This document shows, in pieces, positions 61,162 through 64,000 of a stretch of 64,000 nt of DNA. The first letter of the stretch is position 1. Each line of letters begins with the position of its first letter. Made by a program: the position numbers and the translations under genes. The DNA is taken from positions 124,001 through 188,000 of the forward strand of contig CP128820.1 of assembly GCA_051546255.1 (NCBI GenBank). Direction: 5' to 3'. The stretch is from Meyerozyma guilliermondii (taxonomy: Eukaryota). Below the pieces are notes generated by a model. That model was not told the DNA's origin, ran no database searches, and saw only the letters and a list, made by a program, of their open reading frames with translations.

Positions 61162-64000
61162 ATGGTGGTCTCGAAAGCCCAGTTGGACACCCTAGAACTT
61201 CCGCCGCTTCCGGATACCTCTCGGAACGGCGACAAACATACTAGTAAGATACATATGGATGAGTTTTCTAGGCGCAATCTTAAAACCATTCTACATTTAA
61301 TAACCGGCGAACTCAAGCTGAGAGGCACTAAAACCCCACATGTATTTTTGCCCTTTCGATCCCGGATTGACGACCACCAATTGGAACTTTTTCTACAAGC
61401 ATCATTTCCAGGGGGAACGGTGGCCTCGGAAGAGGTACTTCGTCGAATAGTGAAGGAGTATGATGAATTCACTCTCATGTGTGCAATGAAGTATCTTTGG
61501 AGTCGGTTACCAAATCACGAGATAATAGGCTGGGATGTGTACCTTGAGTTCAAAAGAAAAGAGGAGGAGCAAGGATTTCCAAGAACGGCGTTCCTCACAA
61601 TTATGCCCAAGTGTCTTTCTTCACCTTCTCATGCCTCCATTGTATACGATTTTTTGGATCTCTTGGTGAGTATAGCGTCCAACTCCCAATACAACTACCT
61701 CAGTGGCCGAAAAATAGCCAAGATGTCTAGTTTGTGGGCGTTTAATCCAGCCAGAGAACGAATGAAATCAGCATTTTATGACGCAACCATAGACCGAGAT
61801 CACAGTTTCATCGATGGTCTAGATAGGTGGAAGCAGTCTTCTGGTGCCTTGTTCCATTTGCTCTTATCTTTCTTGCGGGCAATGCTTCCGGAGAATGATA
61901 TGGATACATTGAAACTTCCCAAGACCCTTCAGTCGTTACTTATCTCCAACTCGTACCCTCCACTTGCAAATAACGACTCGGTGAAATCCATGATAAAAAT
62001 CCCTTGCGTTCTACTCAAGTCCACCAAGCCATCGGAAAACGTGTACGAGCTATTAAGCAAGGTCAGACGCACGATAAAGTTTGACAAGAAAGATGACTTT
62101 ATGTCTGTGGAAAATTACACGATTCTCAAAAACATATTCAAAAAAGATTCCACCGCAGACATAGTAGCATCTCTCAGTGAAGAGTCTCGACGCATAATGG
62201 GACGATTAACTGACATTCTGGACTCTTCTGACTACGACCTTTATCCAGGGTGGGCTCCATTCGGTGGAAAAGTCGATGAGAACATTCCACTTTTTACTGA
62301 ATTGACAATCCAAGACGTTACAATACAAGACTACTATATATGGACGTGGCTATCGTCTCTTGGATCGGATCAGCATAGTATAGTGAAGAGGAATTTTGGT
62401 AGATCATTGATCGCCGAAGTCGAGGTCCTCGACCAGCGTAAGTGGATCGTTGTTTCTGAACAAATACTCTCTACAGAAGATTATTTGAAAAAGTTTGAGA
62501 CCACTCCCACTGTTCCACCAAAAGATAGAATCATATCAAATGGGAGTCACAAAGACATGCCGCTACCTCCACCTCCACCTCCCCTGAAAGATGCGGATGA
62601 GCCACTACCAAAGTATTACTTTGGAGGAGGAAGCGATGCTGGAACAATGGATAAATCGACAGATGATGATTACAATTTTCCAGACCAGGTCCAAAGTGAT
62701 GAACTTGATGAATACAAAAAGTATTTGGAGTCTCTTAACGATTCAGACGACGAGATTCCCACCAAAGACTTTGCGGAAAAATTGAACCTTAAAACCCATG
62801 TCGAAAAGAAGCTTCCAAAGCAACCAAAGAAACATAGACATCGTCCACCACCGCCTGACAGTCCTGTATCACCGGTAAGAAGCCACGCAGCTCCAGGGGG
62901 TGAAGTCATAGCCAATCCTACGGGAAATCCTGCTAAGGCTCATCCTAAGGCCAATACTGCTAAAGCAAATCCTGCTATGGCTCATCCCACGGCCACTGCT
63001 TATCCCAATGTTGCGGCACACCCTAATGTGACTCATTCCGATGCCACTGCTCATCCCAATGTAGTGGCTCATCCCAACCACACCTACACGGCGCCAAACT
63101 TGAATGCCCATGAAGCTCCAACGATGTATCCTCAACAAGTTATGCCTCAGCCTGAACCGGCAGATTACCAAAACAACTACAATCACAACCCGCAAGATTA
63201 TCGTTCTAATGAATACTACTCAGAACCGTATGAAACTTACAGCACTCCTAATGATCATCAGGACCAACCAATCGCCCAGGAGCCCTTTGAAAACTACCAT
63301 GTACCCGTGGAGGAACACGGGGCATCGCATATCATTCCTAACGACCAAGACGGTGTTGTTGTTCCCGTTGTTCAGGAGAATATTGTAAATAGCGCTGATC
63401 ATCTTGTACAGCCCCCATCGGCTCCTGGCAGTCCTGACACGAAGGAGAAAAAGAGAAAAAAGAAGAAGAAGAAGTCAAGGAAAAATGAGGAACCTCCAAT
63501 GAATGCTTTAGTGCCAACAGGATTCTTTCCTCCCGGCCCACCTCCTAACTTCATGCCAGAAGGTCCAGAAGGTAGTTACTTTCCACCATATCCAACACCA
63601 ATGTTGCAAGAACCCTTACCAGAAACCAATGAACACGAAAAGAGAAAGAAGAAATCCAAGCGAAAAGACGCTTCCGTGTCTCCAATAAGAGAAAACAGGA
63701 ATATGGCTCCACCTCAATTAGATCAACCAGGAAATGGCCAGCTGATTACAATGACTAACGACTCTATCCCCACCATAGCAGCGCCAATGGAAGAAGCTGA
63801 TCAGCCTCCTTTACCCCCTTCGAAGGACACTCCTCGTCACGAACAACAAAGAGCAAGAACTCCTGAACACTTGCGACCAAGGTCCAAGCAGCAGCTAACA
63901 AAATCACCAAATCTCAGCGCTGATGTAGGATTGTCGCCAACTTTGACTGCTTCTGGTACACATGTCACACATCAGCCACAATACACCTCGAACCTTTCAC
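61162..64000 (+). CDS. MSB1: Msb1/Mug8 (DUF1708) morphogenesis protein, 3'-truncated by the window end; not in the ORF track
   Basis: Read manually from ATG 61162: FSRRNLKTILHLITGELK, KYLWSRLPNHEIIGWDVYLEFK, IMPKCLSSPSHASIVYDFLDL, RKIAKMSSLWAF. I saw no stop in the segments I translated and the frame is open at 64000. Confidence 0.9.
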   Translation, partial: MVVSKAQLDTLELPPLPDTSRNGDKHTSKIHMDEFSRRNLKTILHLITGELKLRGTKTPHVFLPFRSRIDDHQLELFLQASFPGGTVASEEVLRRIVKEYDEFTLMCAMKYLWSRLPNHEIIGWDVYLEFKRKEEEQGFPRTAFLTIMPKCLSSPSHASIVYDFLDLLVSIASNSQYNYLSGRKIAKMSSLWAFNPARERMKSAFYDATIDRDHSFIDGLDRWKQSSGALFHLLLSFLRAMLPENDMDTLKLPKTLQSLLISNSYPPLANNDSVKSMIKIPCVLLKSTKPSENVYELLSKVRRTIKFDKKDDFMSVENYTILKNIFKKDSTADIVASLSEESRRIMGRLTDILDSSDYDLYPGWAPFGGKVDENIPLFTELTIQDVTIQDYYIWTWLSSLGSDQHSIVKRNFGRSLIAEVEVLDQRKWIVVSEQILSTEDYLKKFETTPTVPPKDRIISNGSHKDMPLPPPPPPLKDADEPLPKYYFGGGSDAGTMDKSTDDDYNFPDQVQSDELDEYKKYLESLNDSDDEIPTKDFAEKLNLKTHVEKKLPKQPKKHRHRPPPPDSPVSPVRSHAAPGGEVIANPTGNPAKAHPKANTAKANPAMAHPTATAYPNVAAHPNVTHSDATAHPNVVAHPNHTYTAPNLNAHEAPTMYPQQVMPQPEPADYQNNYNHNPQDYRSNEYYSEPYETYSTPNDHQDQPIAQEPFENYHVPVEEHGASHIIPNDQDGVVVPVVQENIVNSADHLVQPPSAPGSPDTKEKKRKKKKKKSRKNEEPPMNALVPTGFFPPGPPPNFMPEGPEGSYFPPYPTPMLQEPLPETNEHEKRKKKSKRKDASVSPIRENRNMAPPQLDQPGNGQLITMTNDSIPTIAAPMEEADQPPLPPSKDTPRHEQQRARTPEHLRPRSKQQLTKSPNLSADVGLSPTLTASGTHVTHQPQYTSNLS

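Overview
Eukaryotic, not prokaryotic: a very gene-dense chromosomal segment of a budding yeast from the CUG-Ser (CTG/Serinales) clade. CTG codons sit at invariant Ser positions, e.g. ODC FHVG[CTG]G and calcineurin HGGL[CTG]P, so the supplied standard-code ORF track mistranslates some Ser as Leu. I support 32 protein-coding genes: FAA2-like (5' partial), RVB2, VMA11, NSL1, IQG1, CRN1, LRO1, ATG3, NRM1, a divergent CSN4-like PCI protein, ERG2, a MATE transporter, HGC1, ROT1, an orphan ORF, VPS27, SPE1, CNA1, LOT5, ECM30, TSR2, ORC1, TEM1, RPS1, a tricalbin, RPL6, FPR3/4, HMG1, STR2-like, a MAPR/cytochrome-b5 protein, WAR1 and MNS1; SKO1 and MSB1 (3' partial, absent from the ORF track) bring the total to 34. 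Six genes have a spliceosomal intron just after a tiny first exon, which the ORF track misses. I found no tRNA, rRNA, CRISPR array or recognisable transposon. The region is mostly conserved housekeeping synteny and I see no clearly novel multi-gene system. The best leads are the CSN4-like gene, the unusual intron architecture, putative uORF and autoregulatory elements (HGC1, SPE1, SKO1), the orphan ORF and the extreme gene compaction. Identities come from recalled motifs and synteny, not from database searches.
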